Shown here one piece after another: positions 63,254 through 64,000 of a DNA stretch of 64,000 bases. The DNA comes from Tubiluchus corallicola (Eukaryota; Animalia; Priapulida), in NCBI GenBank assembly GCA_030141605.1, contig JAQGDQ010002373.1:343921-407920 (forward strand), given 5' to 3'. The position numbers and the translations under genes are program-made. A model generated the notes under the pieces. The model was not told the DNA's origin, did not search any database, and worked only from the letters and a program-made list of their open reading frames with translations. How positions within the stretch are numbered: position 1 is the stretch's first letter; each line of letters begins with the position of its first letter.

Positions 63254-64000
63254 CTGTATAAAACGATTAACTTAGTCAAGAAACACATTAATGCAGTAAA
63301 ATTCATGAAACCATAATAATTGTTTGCAAAATGTTACCCAGTTGCATGTCCTAACTAAATGCCTAAAATTCCCTACGAATGGAATTCACAAAAAAAAAAC
63401 GAAAGCTACACTGAAATATGTAAAAAATATGTGTGACTATAAGTAGTATTATAAACTAGAAAAAAGTGCAAGCTATTTTTTTGCAAACTAGACTTTAAAG
63501 CTTTTACGAATTGGTATTTATGTGAAACACTACATTCCAAGCAAATTACATAAGGTTTAAAGATTTTCAAAAATATCTGGTTTTATTTCACAGTAAGGCA
63601 AGATTGAGATTTTACGTTAATTCAATACACATAGTACCATATTACATCTATTTACAACACACATAAAATTATTTGTAAAACAGATTAAACTTATTAACTA
63701 AAAATCTAAAATGCATATTAAAAGTACCATGCCTAAAAATTTACACCTTAAAATCATCATATAATATCTTTTGACAGTTGTTAAAAATAGTGACTCAAAT
63801 AACGCATCAGAGTTTATACAACCACTAATCATAATGTCATTTTCATCAGCAAGAAAGCAATTTCTTAAGCTGTAGCAGCTCTTCCTCATTAATATGTTAA
63901 AGTGTGGAACCTTATTAAGCGCACATATATAAGACGCTCTCGTACCTAATTAATTCTACTAGGAGCAACATTATATGCCGATTTGAGCATCGCAATATTA

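Noticed and set aside
63698-63889. 63-aa ORF as a further dynein exon
   Set aside because: No dynein-like sequence or convincing splice sites; treated as intron, with the next exon outside the window.

Overview
AT-rich, intron-rich animal genomic DNA, probably from an invertebrate; the species cannot be identified from sequence alone. Two minus-strand genes were reconstructed by hand with consistent splice phases. (1) A complete CBP/p300 (CREBBP/nejire) lysine acetyltransferase: 29 coding exons, ATG at 25818, stop at 1444, about 2350 aa, with TAZ1, KIX, bromo, RING/PHD, HAT, ZZ, TAZ2 and NCBD domains. (2) The 3' part of an axonemal inner-arm dynein heavy chain most like DNAH3: 33 exons from 63253 to the stop at 29152, about 1800 aa, with the 5' part beyond the window. 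Introns and intergenic DNA hold hAT and pogo/Tigger MITEs, CR1/L2/RTE LINE fragments, minisatellites and microsatellites. The most notable observations are: a splicing-regulatory module around a 30-nt alternative acceptor in the CBP RING exon; a candidate poison exon in CBP intron 1 that duplicates exon 2 sequence; a pogo MITE with an intact 48-aa PCNA-binding (PIP-box) mini-ORF; a CpG-decayed Penelope-type hammerhead ribozyme; and non-canonical splice sites (one GC donor, two GAG acceptors). No prokaryotic-type systems, CRISPR arrays, tRNA or rRNA were found. All coordinates were counted by eye and all family comparisons are from memory, not database searches.
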